The notes: generated by a model not told the origin, from the letters alone. Positions 50,205-63,419 are shown, numbered from the whole stretch's first letter. The stretch: 63,757 bases of DNA, filler included, from Octopus bimaculoides (GCF_001194135.2; 5 parts of 3 records of this genome joined end to end with filler, not necessarily neighbours in it); one strand, 5' to 3'. A program made the numbers and translations.

Positions 50205-50705
50205 TGTTGAGTCATTAAACTGTGGCCATGTTGGAGCACTGCCTAGAAGAATGTTTCGTCAAATGAATCAACCCAAGTACTTATTTTATCGGTCACTTTT
50301 GCCAAACTGCTAACTTACAAGGACATAAGCACCCCAACTGATGGTGGGGGCACACCCAGACACTTATATATGATGGGCTTCTTTCAGTTTCTGTCTAGCA
50401 AATCCACTCACAAGATTTTGGTGGGCCCAAAGCTACAATAGAAGACACTTGCCCAAGGTGCCACATAGTGAGATTGAACCCAGAAGCATGTGGTTGGGAA
50501 GAAATCTTCTTACCACACAGCCATGCTTGCACCTATATATTTTTTACATCTTGTTTCAGTCATTCGACTATGGCCATACTGGGGCACCGTGTAAAAAGAT
50601 TTGTCAAAAAAAATCAACCTCAGTTTTTATTTTTTTCAGAGTCTGGTATTTATTTTATCAGTCACTTTTGCCAAACTACTATGTTATGGGGATGTAAACA
50701 AAACA
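50205..50705 (-). mobile_element. SINE family A full-length copy (50205-50545) plus an extra tail fragment (50550-50705)
   Basis: Collinear with 12988-13404. Confidence 0.85.
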
Positions 50706-51529
50706 ACGTCAAAATGTCCTTAAAAGTTTCATCTGTCCTAAATCCATTAGACACCACCAAAAATGGTTTAAGGAATTTAATTTCAATCAAAATCCCATTT
50801 AGACTAAATTCCCTTACAATTCCCTGTTAAGGGGTCATGTTTGCCCATTGGGTCTCATCATTAAATCTACAGATTCCAGGATTTCTTTACTTTAGGGAGT
50901 ACACAGAGTGTGTATATAATAAAATTATGAATTCAGAATTAAATACACAAAACATTGACTCACATATGCAGTTGTTTTATTTATTTTCCATGGAATCCCA
51001 GTTGGAAACGGTACATTGGATTCTTGATAGATTAACCAGTCTGGCACTGATTGCCACTAAGAAGATATGTGTGGAGTAATAATCACATTAGAGTGATTCA
51101 TGTGGGAGTTTGAAGTGTTTTCAGGACTTAGCTGAAATCGTTTTATAATTGTTGTTGTTGTTATTATTAAACTGCTCTGATCAAGTATGATTCCGTTGGC
51201 CCACAGTGGCAAAGGAAAGAAACTGACCCCCCCCCCACCATTGTGCTGAATATGATTTTGTGGAAACTCAAAGTTTGTTACGATTGGCTAAAATATGTGT
51301 TCATTCATATAAGATGTGGAAAATTCTTGAAATGCCCTTCCTGTCACCAACGTTCACCTGTTTCTGAGAAAATTTCCACATGACTAGACATGTTTTTCTT
51401 AGAAGACTGGGAAAAAAGCAACATTGCTTGTATGAGACTGACGACCATCTAAAACCATCACATAATGTCAAGGCGAGGACACACACACATGTATACACAT
51501 ACACACACACATATATGCAAATGGTGACC

Positions 51530-51675
51530 ATCTTTTAGTTTTGGTCTACCAGATCTACTCAGAAGGCTTTGATCAACCAGGGGCTATAACAGAAGATCCT
51601 TGCCCAAGGTGCTGTGTAGTGGGACTGAACCCTAACCACAAGGTTGAGAAACAAACTTCTTAACCACACAACCAC
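51530..51675 (-). mobile_element. SINE family A 5' half
   Basis: ggtctaccagatctactcagaaggc...tgcccaaggtgc...gggactgaaccc. Confidence 0.8.
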
Positions 51676-52459
51676 GAAAACTGTATCGCGTTAGTGTAAT
51701 TAATTTGTTAATTGAAGTATTTTTTAACAAAACTGAAAATAACGTAATCTAAAAGAAGCATCAGGGGCAGCAGCAGCAGGTTTGAGATAAAACTAGTTTT
51801 CTCTTGCCCCAGGTCACACTGAAAATTTACTTATAGAAAACTTGAAGTAAGTACTAAATGCTCCGAATGTTCAGGAAAAGGAAACCAAAGAGAAAAGAGT
51901 GCGGGGGGAGGTTAGGAGGAGGAAAGGGTTGGGGGCAGTAATAAAGCAAAAAAAAAAAAAAAGAAGAGAAACTGCATCTCCGCTCTCGTCCTTTCCCTTG
52001 CACCTAAAAAAAAAACTAAAACAGAATTTATGCGGTTTCAAGCTCACTAATCTATGTAAAGTTGTCAGTAGGGATCTGTTGGTATTATCTGAGGATTAGC
52101 GCAGTCATGCCAACCAGTTTTACAACAACTGCTGATACTACTACTATTATTACTCCTACTCATACCACCACCACCACCGCAACTAAATGATAAACTCCCA
52201 AACCTTCCTCACATACACCATCATCATTTGGTTGCTAAAACTACTACTGTTGCTGCTACTACTACAACCAAATGAATTTGACTAACAAGGTTAATAACCT
52301 AATTTGGTAATAAAGGTCAAATATAAACATGTACAACACACACAAGTATATATACACTCATATATATACACACACAACAACTTGAAATATTTGTGTTTTA
52401 CTTATCGATATCATATCTGTTCCTGGTGTGAATATGTCATTTTGTTTATGTATATGCAT

Positions 52460-52860
52460 TTAGGTGCAGGTGTGGCTCTGTGGTAAGTAGCTTGTTGCTT
52501 ACCAACCACATGGTTCCGGGTTCAGTCCCACTGTATGGCACCTTGAGCAAGTGTCTTCTGCTATAGCCTTGGGCCAACCAAAGCCTTGTCACTGGATTTG
52601 GCAGACGGAAACTGAAAGAAGCCTGTCGTGTATATATATATATGTTTGTGTGTCAGTGTTTGTCCCCCAACTGTCACTTGGCAACCGATGCTGGTGCCAT
52701 TACGTCCCCATAATTTAATGGTTCAGCAAAGAGACCAATAGAATAAGTACTAGGCTTACAAAAGAATAAGTCCTATTGGAGTCTGGTGCAGCTCTCTGGC
52801 TTGTCATTTCTTATCAAACTGTCCAACCCATGCCAGCATGGAAGATGGACGTTAAATGAT
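52460..52860 (+). mobile_element. SINE A (52460-52775) fused to a SINE E tail with a (GAT)n expansion to ~53058
   Basis: Family A head and body end at aagtcct, then aaactgtccaacccatgccagcatggaagatggacgttaaatgatgat. Confidence 0.8.
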
Positions 52861-53318
52861 GATGATGAAGATGAAGATGACGAGGATGATGACGACAACG
52901 TTGATGATGATGGTGATATGATGATGATGATGAGTGATGATAATGATGATAAAGATGAGGATGACGAGGATGATGATGAAGATGATGGTGATGATAATGA
53001 TGAAGATGAAGATGATGATGACGATGACAACGATGACGATGATGATGATGACGATGATGAAACACACCTGTGTGTGTCTATGTTTATGTCCCCTTGTCTT
53101 GACACAGTCTGTGATTGTTGCAAACAGATGTCATGCATCCCCGATCATTTGCGTAAACAACGAATGCGCTGTTACAGTGCATGACCCCCCCCATACTACT
53201 ACAGTGATATCCTTTTGAGCTGCATGGGGGACCGGCATGCCAAAGAATAGACCCCTACATTTTGCTCTGCATGTCATAAACAAGCAACTAACAGAAGTTG
53301 AGGTAGGATTTGCCCTCC

Positions 53319-53418
53319 GGCCACATGGGATGCTCATCGGCCACATGGGACCCTCATCAGCCACATGGGACCCTCATCGGCCACAAGGGACCCTCATCGG
53401 CCACATGGGACCTTCATC
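53319..53418. repeat. 20-bp minisatellite, 5 units
   Basis: ggccacatgggaccctcatc x5 with 0-2 substitutions each. Confidence 0.95.
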
Positions 53419-53899
53419 AGCAACGACTGCCCAAAACAGACCCATCTAAGCTGCATCGAAGGGTTTTAGCCTGAGTAATGCAAAGGTGTCACCTGCTGGG
53501 AGAAGTAGGGAATCACCAACAAATGGCTGATGCCCCCTACTACTAATACTACCACCACCACTACAATGCAAGCTTGGAAAAGTAGATGTTCAAACGACGA
53601 TGATGATGATAATGAATAAAAAAAAAAATGAACTAACGAACACAGATACACATAAAAAAACACTCACAAACAGAATATAAATATATTATAAATAAATTTA
53701 GTATATATTTAAAGCCTCAATGCATCCTGCTAGGTCAGTCCATTCTGCAAATGAAGTCAATTCGTTACATAATACTTGTATAACGAGTACAACTAATAAC
53801 GAAGGATAAATTAATTATTAGCACTGAAATAATATTTAATGAGTACAACCGGGCAGGGAGGATGGCAATACCACTGATGTACATGGGTATATATGTATT

Positions 53900-53947
<48 letters not shown>

Positions 53948-54549
53948 TATATATTCAGGGTATTCAGATGAAGAACACACCCCCTAAATGTATTTTGCAG
54001 GAATATTGCATGTTGATGGTTATAATCAGTGTCACATCATTTATTTGTGTGTGTGGAAGGGAGAGAGAGAGAGCGGGAGAGAGAGAGAGAGAGAGAGCGG
54101 GAGAGAGAGGGAGCGACAGAGACAGAGAATGAGAGAGACAGACAGGCAGAGAAAGAGAGAGACAGAGAAAGAGAGATGCAGAGANNNNNNNNNNNNNNNN
54201 NNNNNNNNNNNNNNNNNNNNNNNNNNNNNNNNNNNNNNNNNNNNNNNNNNGGGAGGGAGGGAGAGAGAGGGAGGGAGGGAGAGAGAAAGAGAGAAAGAGA
54301 GACAGACAGACCGACAGAGAAAAAGAGAGAAACAGAGAATGAGAGAGACAGACAGGCAGAGAAAGAGAGAGACAGAGAAAGAGAGATGCAGAGAAAGAGA
54401 GAGGGAGAGAGAGAAAGAGAAAGAGAGAGAGGGAGAGACGGAGAGAGAAAGAGAGGGAGGGAGAGAAAGAGAGAGAGAGGGAGAGAAAGAGAGAGAGAGG
54501 GAGAGAAAGTGAGTGGGGGTGGGCAGACAGCCAAAGAGCAATAGAGAAG

Positions 54550-54720
54550 GCACATGGCCAAGCAGTGAAGGTGTTGCACTTAGGACCTGCATGATAGTGG
54601 GTTCAATTCCCAGACAGGCAGTGTGTTGTGTTCTTCAGCAAAATACTTCATTTCATGCCTCAGTCTACTCAGCTGTAAATGGATAACCCTGTCACTGGCT
54701 GGCATTCTCTTCAGAAGATG
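54550..54720 (+). mobile_element. Diverged SINE with family C-type head
   Basis: gggttcaattccc B box, gtgttgtgttcttcagcaaaatacttcatttca, then cagtctactcagctgtaaatgg. Confidence 0.6.
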
Positions 54721-54829
54721 TGTGGGCCTGCATGCCTTGCCAGTGTGGTGGCAACATTTGAAAGCTACAACAATGCAAAGAAGTGCAACAACAACAACAC
54801 ACACACACACACGCATATTTGTACCTCTT

Positions 54830-55140
54830 TATCATTTTACTTGTTTCACTCATTGGACTGCGGCCATGCTGGGGCAATGCCTCGAAGGGTTTTTAGTCAA
54901 ATGAATTGAACCCACGACCTATTTGACCGATCACCTTTGCTGAACTGCTAAGTCATAGGAATATAAACACAACAACAATTGCCAAATGGCAGTGGAGGAC
55001 AAACACACACACCCAAACATGACGGGCTTCTTTCAGTTTCCGTCTACCAAATCCATTCACAAAGTTTTGGCCAGCCCAGAATCATTGCCCAAGGTGCCAT
55101 GCAGTGGAACTGAACCTGGGACCATGTGGTTGGGAAGCAT
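54830..55140 (-). mobile_element. SINE family A, near full length
   Basis: Collinear with 12988-13404. Confidence 0.85.
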
Positions 55141-55456
55141 CCATGTAGGTGCTTATATATAGACCAGTAACTGTCACAAGCCAAAAAGAATGCCTTCATG
55201 GAGCCACACGACCTCCTAGAAATAGCAGCCACAATTCTCTGTCATAACCTTACTGTCTTACATAAGCAATGAATGCATTCGTTAATATAATTCCAGACAT
55301 CTTTAGTCTTCTGGATGGTCACAGTTGGATTGTCAGGATATGTCAACTTGGTCAGAGTTGACCTGTGACTAAACACCACCACTATCACCACTGCCACCAC
55401 CTTAGATAATGCAAACTTGCAGATGCAAATGCGTGCGAGAGTATGTGTGTGTGTGT

Positions 55457-55497
<41 letters not shown>

Positions 55498-55759
55498 CAT
55501 ATCACGTATTAGCCAACAACTCTTAACCTTTCTCTCTCTCTCGCTCTCTCTCTGCATGCACAAATCCACAAACACACACACAAATGTATGTGTGCATACA
55601 CACACACACATGTATATAGTCATGTGTGTGTGTGTATGTATACAAGCATATATGGGTGTGTATGTATCTATATGTATTAAACAATGTGTGTGTATACATA
55701 CATATATGTATACATAAATAAATGCATATATACATACATACACAAACGTGTTTATATAA

Positions 55760-55811
<52 letters not shown>

Positions 55812-56250
55812 GCACACACACATGCATGCATACGTATATAAATATATAAATATATGCATACATACGCAAATGTGTGTATACATGTGTGTATTTACATACA
55901 TAAATTTTTGTGTGTGTGTGTGTGTGTGTGTATATTTATATACACACACTCACAGCTATGTATATGTATATATGATCAAGTACTGTATTGTTTTTTTGTT
56001 TTTGCTTTTTTTTTTTTACTTTTAGACACATCCATTAGCAAGCAGCAAGGTTAGGCGGTTGGTGCACAGTTAGGTAGGAGGAGGAGGAGGAGGAGGAAGA
56101 GGAGGAGGGCGGTCTGTTAGGCGAGGTCGCATCACACTGGGGTCTGTTGCTAGGTTTGGAATAGTCTGCGGTAGGGAAAGGGAAGAGGCTGTCAGTGGTG
56201 ATCGAAAGGAGGGGGGGGGCGAGCGGGGAGAGTAGAGTGGTTAAAAAGAG

Positions 56251-56315
<65 letters not shown>

Positions 56316-56628
56316 AGCAGGTGGTTTTAGCAACTAAAAATGGAAGACAACTTCCACTGTTGGTAGATAAGAGATTACACACACACATATCCACAATTTA
56401 TGAGTAATGTGAGTGTATACACACACACACACACACACACACACATGCATATTTATGTATATTTACACACGCACACATTATATATTGTGTTGGTACAGAG
56501 AATATATACGTATGTATATGTGTGTAAGAGTGTAATGTGTGTGCATGTATGTGTATATGTATATGCATGTGTGTATGGAAGCAGGAGAACCATATACATG
56601 CATAATGCATATACCTGTGCGCGCGCGC

Positions 56629-56684
<56 letters not shown>

Positions 56685-57834
56685 NNNNNNNNNNNNNNNN
56701 NNNNNNNNNNNNNNNNNNNNNNNNNNNNNNNNNNNNNNNNNNNNNNNNNNNNNNNNNNNNNNNNNNNNNNNNNNNNNNNNNNNNNNNNNNNNNNNNNNNN
56801 NNNNNNNNNNNNNNNNNNNNNNNNNNNNNNNNNNNNNNNNNNNNNNNNNNNNNNNNNNNNNNNNNNNNNNNNNNNNNNNNNNNNNNNNNNNNNNNNNNNN
56901 NNNNNNNNNNNNNNNNNNNNNNNNNNNNNNNNNNNNNNNNNNNNNNNNNNNNNNNNNNNNNNNNNNNNNNNNNNNNNNNNNNNNNNNNNNNNNNNNNNNN
57001 NNNNNNNNNNNNNNNNNNNNNNNNNNNNNNNNNNNNNNNNNNNNNNNNNNNNNNNNNNNNNNNNNNNNNNNNNNNNNNNNNNNNNNNNNNNNNNNNNNNN
57101 NNNNNNNNNNNNNNNNNNNNNNNNNNNNNNNNNNNNNNNNNNNNNNNNNNNNNNNNNNNNNNNNNNNNNNNNNNNNNNNNNNNNNNNNNNNNNNNNNNNN
57201 NNNNNNNNNNNNNNNNNNNNNNNNNNNNNNNNNNNNNNNNNNNNNNNNNNNNNNNNNNNNNNNNNNNNNNNNNNNNNNNNNNNNNNNNNNNNNNNNNNNN
57301 NNNNNNNNNNNNNNNNNNNNNNNNNNNNNNNNNNNNNNNNNNNNNNNNNNNNNNNNNNNNNNNNNNNNNNNNNNNNNNNNNNNNNNNNNNNNNNNNNNNN
57401 NNNNNNNNNNNNNNNNNNNNNNNNNNNNNNNNNNCCACAACAACAACAGTAAAGGAGCTTCCAGGCAAATGCCTTACAATATAACAGACACAAGCCACAC
57501 CCCTCCCCCCATACTCCACCAACACCACCACCACCACCACAACAATGACCACCTATTCCGAGATGTAGTTCCTAACAACAGCAAACTGCAAACCTTTTTA
57601 CAATACAACCGACACAAGATGCCCCATGGTTGCAATGATTCTTCGACAATTCATTGTCCAATCAACTCTCTCTGTGAACATACAGGGTCCCCAGTATTGA
57701 TGTGGCAGTCGTGGTGGGGGAGATGATGTGAGGGTTCTAGTATTCAAAAGGACCCTGAGCCAAATGTTTCAGTCAACATGGAAAACTATTTCTACGCAAT
57801 CATTGTCATCGTTGTCGCCACCGCCATCGCCGTC

Positions 57835-58010
57835 ATCATCATTTAGTGTCCATCTTTAAATGCTGGCACGGATTGGACAATACGATAAAGAAATGGCAAG
57901 ATGGAGAACCACACCAGGTTCCAGTTGTCTGTTTTGGCACAGTTTCTATGGTTAGACACCTTTCCTAATGCCAACCACTTTACAGAGCGTACTGGATGCT
58001 TATTCTGTGA
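57835..58010 (-). mobile_element. SINE family E 3' half; further tails at 60600-60660 (+), 62305-62345 (+), 62595-62642 (-)
   Basis: Shared terminus ccaacccatgccagcatggaaagcggacgttaaa followed by (TGA)n. Confidence 0.75.
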
Positions 58011-58019
58011 ATCTCTTTG

Positions 58020-58281
58020 TTGGCACCAACAAAGGGATTCGTCTACACAGGATACATGCGTGGCCAGGTGTTTAAGAAATTTGTTCAAATCTCGTTTGCA
58101 GGCCCATGAAAAACGAACCTCCCCTAACTATTCTGCTTATATATTTGTGCACATCTTTCAATGCTGTGTATGCCATAAGGTCTGCATATCTAATGGAGAC
58201 CTCAAAAGAAATTTTAAGATTCACAAAGATCAGAACTTAACTGCAGCTCTTGGTGGTCCAAAATCAAAATCTCTTAAATAA
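58020..58281 (+). mobile_element. Probable RTE-clade LINE C-terminus with a degenerate C2H2-like finger
   Basis: FQCCVCHKVCISNGDLKRNFKIH (first His replaced) preceded by basic residues and followed by a stop; a single finger, no array. Confidence 0.45.
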
Positions 58282-58976
58282 GTGATTCTTAATTTGAAAA
58301 TCAAGTAAAGGTTAGTGACAGCAAGAGCGTCCCAGAGTGCAACAATGCCTAAACAATGTATTCCCCTAAACTACATCAGCATGTAAAAAAAGTGGGAAAA
58401 CAACTGAACATGTGAACAAAATGAAACGGTGGGGATAGGTTAGGGTGGGGTGGGGTGGGGGAACCAAACAAACTTGCCATATACAATATACATATTTAGC
58501 TAAAAACGACAAAAAAAAACATTTATTAGTTTATAAATATGATCCTGAAAGATTATCTATCTTATAACAGATTAATTATACAGTTGATAAAGGAGAACAA
58601 GTCGGATCTGTTTATTCTAAACAGGGGTACATTGTTCAGACGACCAGACAACCAGCACAAATTCATTGCTTCTGTCTTTGGCCGGGTGGTACGCTTCATA
58701 TCTACCTGTTTATGGGTATGTAACAAGACTTCAGGGTATTGGGGTGGACGAAGGTATTTTCTGATGAAATTTATTATCTACATGCTTTAATTACTAGTTT
58801 GTGGCCATGTTGGAGCAGTGCATTGAATAGTTTAGCTGGAGTTGAAGAATTTGGCCAGAGTATTTTTAAGCCTGGTACTTATTATATATATATACATATA
58901 TACACACACACCCACATATATATATATGTATGTGTTTCTTTACTGCCCACTGTTTCCTTCTAAGTATTTGTCTGAG

Positions 58977-59358
58977 GGAGGCGCAATGGCCCAGTGGTTA
59001 GGGCAGCGGATTCGCGGTCATAGGATCGCGGTTTCGATTCCCAGACTGGGCGTTGTGAGTGTTTATTGAGCGAAAACACCTAAAGCTCCACGAGGCTCCA
59101 GCAGGGGATGGTGGCGAACCCTGCTGTACTCTTCCACCACAACTTTCTCTCACTCTTACTTCCTGTTTCTGCTGTGCCTGTAATTCAAGGGGTCAGCCTT
59201 GTCACACTGTGTCACGCTGAGTCTCCCCAAAGAACTACGTTAAGGGTACACATGTCTGTGAAGTACACAGCCACTTGCACGTTAATTTCCCGAGCAGGCT
59301 GTTCCATTGATCGGATCAACTGGAACCCTCGACGTTGTAAGCAACGGAGTGCCAACAA
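58977..59358 (+). mobile_element. Chimeric SINE: family B head/body plus family C tail, with TSD
   Basis: The first ~190 nt match 11843-12168 and the last ~170 nt match 25795-25945; 11-bp TSD atttgtctgag at 58966-58976 and 59359-59369. Confidence 0.9.
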
Positions 59359-59611
59359 ATTTGTCTGAGACATATTCTTCAGGTTCCCAGACTAGATTGT
59401 AAAATACCATCACAAGACTAAATATAATCCAAGTACATGGTGATGCACAGAATGATGCATGCAAAATATTCCTGTTGAATCCAATTCTACTTCATGGATG
59501 AAGAACAAAATGGTAAATTTCAGTCCAAAGAGAAAATTCTTCATGTGCCACCACTTATTACATCACGCCATTGACTGGAGTCATTGAAATTAATGCCAGC
59601 AGCCCACTTAA

Positions 59612-59786
59612 CCCACTGGCATTTAAACCGACCATATGAGGCCTCTCACACTTATCCTACAATGCCATTTTAAAAATAAACAATTGCTTCATTGAAATCT
59701 CAAAGCTATGAGATAATGAAGGATTAATTCGAAACAATGTGGATAAATAAGGATTACATTTGACCTCTAATCTGAATGCTGAAGGG
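59612..59786. mobile_element. piggyBac-type MITE (~175 bp)
   Basis: TTAA-cccactggcatt ... aatgctgaaggg-TTAA: TTAA TSD, CCC/GGG ends, imperfect short TIR. Confidence 0.6.
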
Positions 59787-60015
59787 TTAATCTATTTTCT
59801 TGTAGTTTAGGATTAACTGTAGGTTTCATCTGTTGCTACTCAGAGTTTTGATGCAGAGGGAAATCTCAGCTTTGAATAAATGAATAAATTTGGTGTTTTG
59901 AAATTCAGAATATTGTACATATGGTTAAATTGTAGAGAGACAGCGTAAAGAGATAAGGCCGACGTAGCAAGAGAGGAATGAGACATGTGGATGCAGATGT
60001 GAAATGTGTGTGTGT

Positions 60016-60071
<56 letters not shown>

Positions 60072-60194
60072 GTTATAAATATACACACAATGGGAGGTAT
60101 ATGTAGATGCAGTAACAAACTGTCACAAAGAGATCAATAAAGCGAAATATAAAAATGCACACCAACACAAAGGTATCTACATATGCGTGTGTGA

Positions 60195-60226
<32 letters not shown>

Positions 60227-60766
60227 AAATGGATGTGTGTATGTATGTTTGTGTGTTAAAATACAAACAAGAGTTTGATTGGAAATAAAAGTACAAGAAG
60301 CTGTGTAAAGTACAATAAAGTCTACAGAAATCGGGCAAACATGTGAATATGTTTGTCTATGAGAGAGAGAGAGGGTGGGGAGGGGGAGGGCGCAGAGAGA
60401 AAGACGGGGGTGGGTAGATAAAAAGACAGATATACAGATAAATAATAGATGGATAGATAGATAGACAGATACACATACGTACAGGTAGACAGGAATATAT
60501 ACGGATAGACAGACATATAGATAGGAAGACAGAGAGGTATATAGAAGAATAGACACATAAATGGACATATATATATATATATATAACATAAATAGACAGC
60601 TTCTGTCAAACTGTCCAACCCATGCCAGCATGGAAAGCAGAAGCTAAACGATGATGATAATATATATACATACAAATACATGTATGNNNNNNNNNNNNNN
60701 NNNNNNNNNNNNNNNNNNNNNNNNNNNNNNNNNNNNNNNNNNNNNNNNNNNNNNNNNNNNNNNNNN

Positions 60767-60809
<43 letters not shown>

Positions 60810-62217
60810 ACATAAATAAATAAATAGAGAGGTATATAGATAGAAGCACAAATGGGTATGTAGATATAAAAATAGACAGGTATAGAAATAGAAAGAAAGA
60901 TAAAATGATAGACAGGGATAGAGATACACAAATAGGTAGGTAGAGAGAGAGAGAGAGAGAGAGCAAATAATTTAGAGCAAGTTGTGTACAAGAGATAAAG
61001 AGAGAGGGGTAAATAGATAAAGAGACAGATATAGGGAGAAAGAGAGATTGATGGTTTGATAGAGAGAGATAAGCACAGAGAGAGAGAGTTAGAAGGTAAA
61101 AAGATGGATAGAAATGATTGGCAGAAGAAAATGGAGGTAGATGGGGGTAGAATGGGGGGTTGGAAGGGAGGCAGGATATATACGAGGACGAGGAGGAAAA
61201 AGAACCACAAAAACATATACAAAATATATACAGAAACACAAGGAAAGTACAAAGTACAAAAAAAAGAAAAAAAGAAAAAAACAAAACATAACAGCAACCC
61301 AAAACAAAAAAAAAAAAGAATGGGAAGTGTTTGTTGGTAGCAGAAAGACAGATATTGCACCAATATGGTTAGAATAACAACCATCGTGATCAGTAAAGAT
61401 AGTTTTTAAGGAAGATCTGTAGTAGCAGTAGCGGCAGCGGCAGCAGTCACTGCTGCATTGTAAAAGCAGCAACAGGAGCCTACTAGTTGGTAGTAGATAT
61501 GGATGCAGCAACAGCAGCGACAGCGGCAGTTATAGAAGCAGCAGCAGCAAAGAGAAACCAGTGGTGTTAAAGACTCGAAATAAGACTTGCAATGCAAAAG
61601 TAGTCAAGTCATTGATTTGTGAATAGGCTTGGTCTTCGATAAATATGAGAGAGAGAGAGGGAGAGAGAGAGAGAGAGAGGGAGGGGCAGAGGAAAAGAGG
61701 GAGAGAGAGAGGGCGAGAGAGTTGTCCTACTTTCCATAATGGTAGCGCCAACATGCAGTCGATGGCACAAATGCATTTTGTGCGCATGTATGCATTTTTG
61801 AAATGGAGGGAGACAGAGAGAGACAAACACAGAGAGAGAAAGAGAGAGAGAAAGAAAGGAAGTAGGTAGGAGGAGAAAGAGAAAGAGAAAGAGAGAGAGA
61901 GGGAGAGTATGAGACATACAGAATAGCAATAGAAATACTAAATATATACGTATGTATATATATATATATATATATGTGTATATATGTGTGTGTGTGTGTG
62001 AATGCAAGTGGAAGACAGTTGTGTAAAGATGATGTGTTTTGATTGTGAACGTCCTTTTTTGTTTGTTTGTTTGTTTGTTTTATTTAAGCAGAGATTTCAT
62101 GTGACACTGAAATATTCATACAGATACAAGTGCACACGGAAACACACACACACACAATCACCACCACCACCACCACCACCACCACCGTCATCGTCCTTTA
62201 ACGCCTGGATGATGATG

Positions 62218-62258
<41 letters not shown>

Positions 62259-62378
62259 TGTGTGTATGTGTACATATACATCAATACATCCACACACACG
62301 CACAACCCATGTCTGCATGGAAGACGGATGCTAAATGATAATGATGGAACACACAAATATATAGAAATATATATATAC

Positions 62379-62409
<31 letters not shown>

Positions 62410-62642
62410 CACATAGATATATATATATACACATAGATATATATATGTATGTATATATATATGTATATATGTATATACATATACATAGATATACATATAT
62501 ACAAATGCGTGCATGTGTATAAGCACACACATACATGTGTACATACATGTATATATATATGTGTGTGTGTGTGTGTATATTTATATATATATATCATCAT
62601 CATCATCATCATCATCATCGTTTTAACGTCCGCTTTCCATGC

Positions 62643-62742
62643 NNNNNNNNNNNNNNNNNNNNNNNNNNNNNNNNNNNNNNNNNNNNTTAATTAATTAANN
62701 NNNNNNNNNNNNNNNNNNNNNNNNNNNNNNNNNNNNNNNNNN
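62643..62742. other. Synthetic scaffold join
   Basis: 44N-TTAATTAATTAA-44N. Confidence 0.95.
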
Positions 62743-63193
62743 ACACATAAATATACAATTTGAGTGATATACAATTCTTTGGTTTCTTAAAATTTTATTG
62801 TTTTCTACATATGTTTCTGAACGATATTCAAACTTCCTATTTGATAATTGATATAGCTTTAATTTTTTGTTACGATTCCGTGGTTTACATAAATAAAAAT
62901 ATAAAACCTTATTACGAGAGCAGAGGGAAATATATAAAAAAGTTACACTCACACATACACACACATATTGCAGTGAAAACACAAATATATTTCAGTTTTT
63001 GTTGATTATCTTTTATATTTTCGAATATGTCACTCGCAATTTCTTTGGAATAACCTTTTGAGAACACGATAGGAAAGGCCAAGTGGTTTATAAATTCTGT
63101 TATAAGAGTTAAAGTTGTAACTTCATGACTTCAATTCTTACATTGAACATGCAACCCAAGCACTTCTTAAGCTCGCCATTCACTTAAAACATG

Positions 63194-63369
63194 AAGTAAT
63201 TTCAATAAAATATGTCATAACAAAAGCCAAAACCAAAGTATTTTTTCATATTTTCATGTGTCCGTCATAGTTCAACATTTATAAATGTTGAACTATGACG
63301 GACACATGAAAATATGAAAAAATACTTTGGTTTTGGCTTTTGTTATGACATATTTTATTGAAATTACTT
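63194..63369. repeat. Perfect spacerless 176-bp palindrome (88-bp arms)
   Basis: Arms checked base by base; centre between 63281 and 63282 (cattta/taaatg). Confidence 0.95.
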
Positions 63370-63419
63370 TATTGAAATTATTTATCATTTCTTTTTCCTC
63401 TTATCCTTAATCGTTTTAT

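Noticed and set aside
52786-53184. Asp-rich 132-aa ORF resembling an acidic biomineral protein
   Set aside because: It is the expanded (GAT)n tail of a SINE E copy; the start lies in SINE sequence.
53319-53418. CRISPR-like array
   Set aside because: Head-to-tail units with no spacers, in a eukaryotic context.
54121-54394. 63-bp duplicated (AG)-rich block
   Set aside because: It flanks a gap in low-complexity DNA; an assembly or slippage origin cannot be separated from biology.
58140-58240. C2H2 zinc-finger host gene
   Set aside because: Single finger lacking a His, no linker or array; better explained as a LINE C-terminus.
11401-59050. tRNA-like sequences with A and B boxes as tRNA genes
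   Set aside because: All continue into SINE bodies, lack a complete cloverleaf, and several have TSDs.
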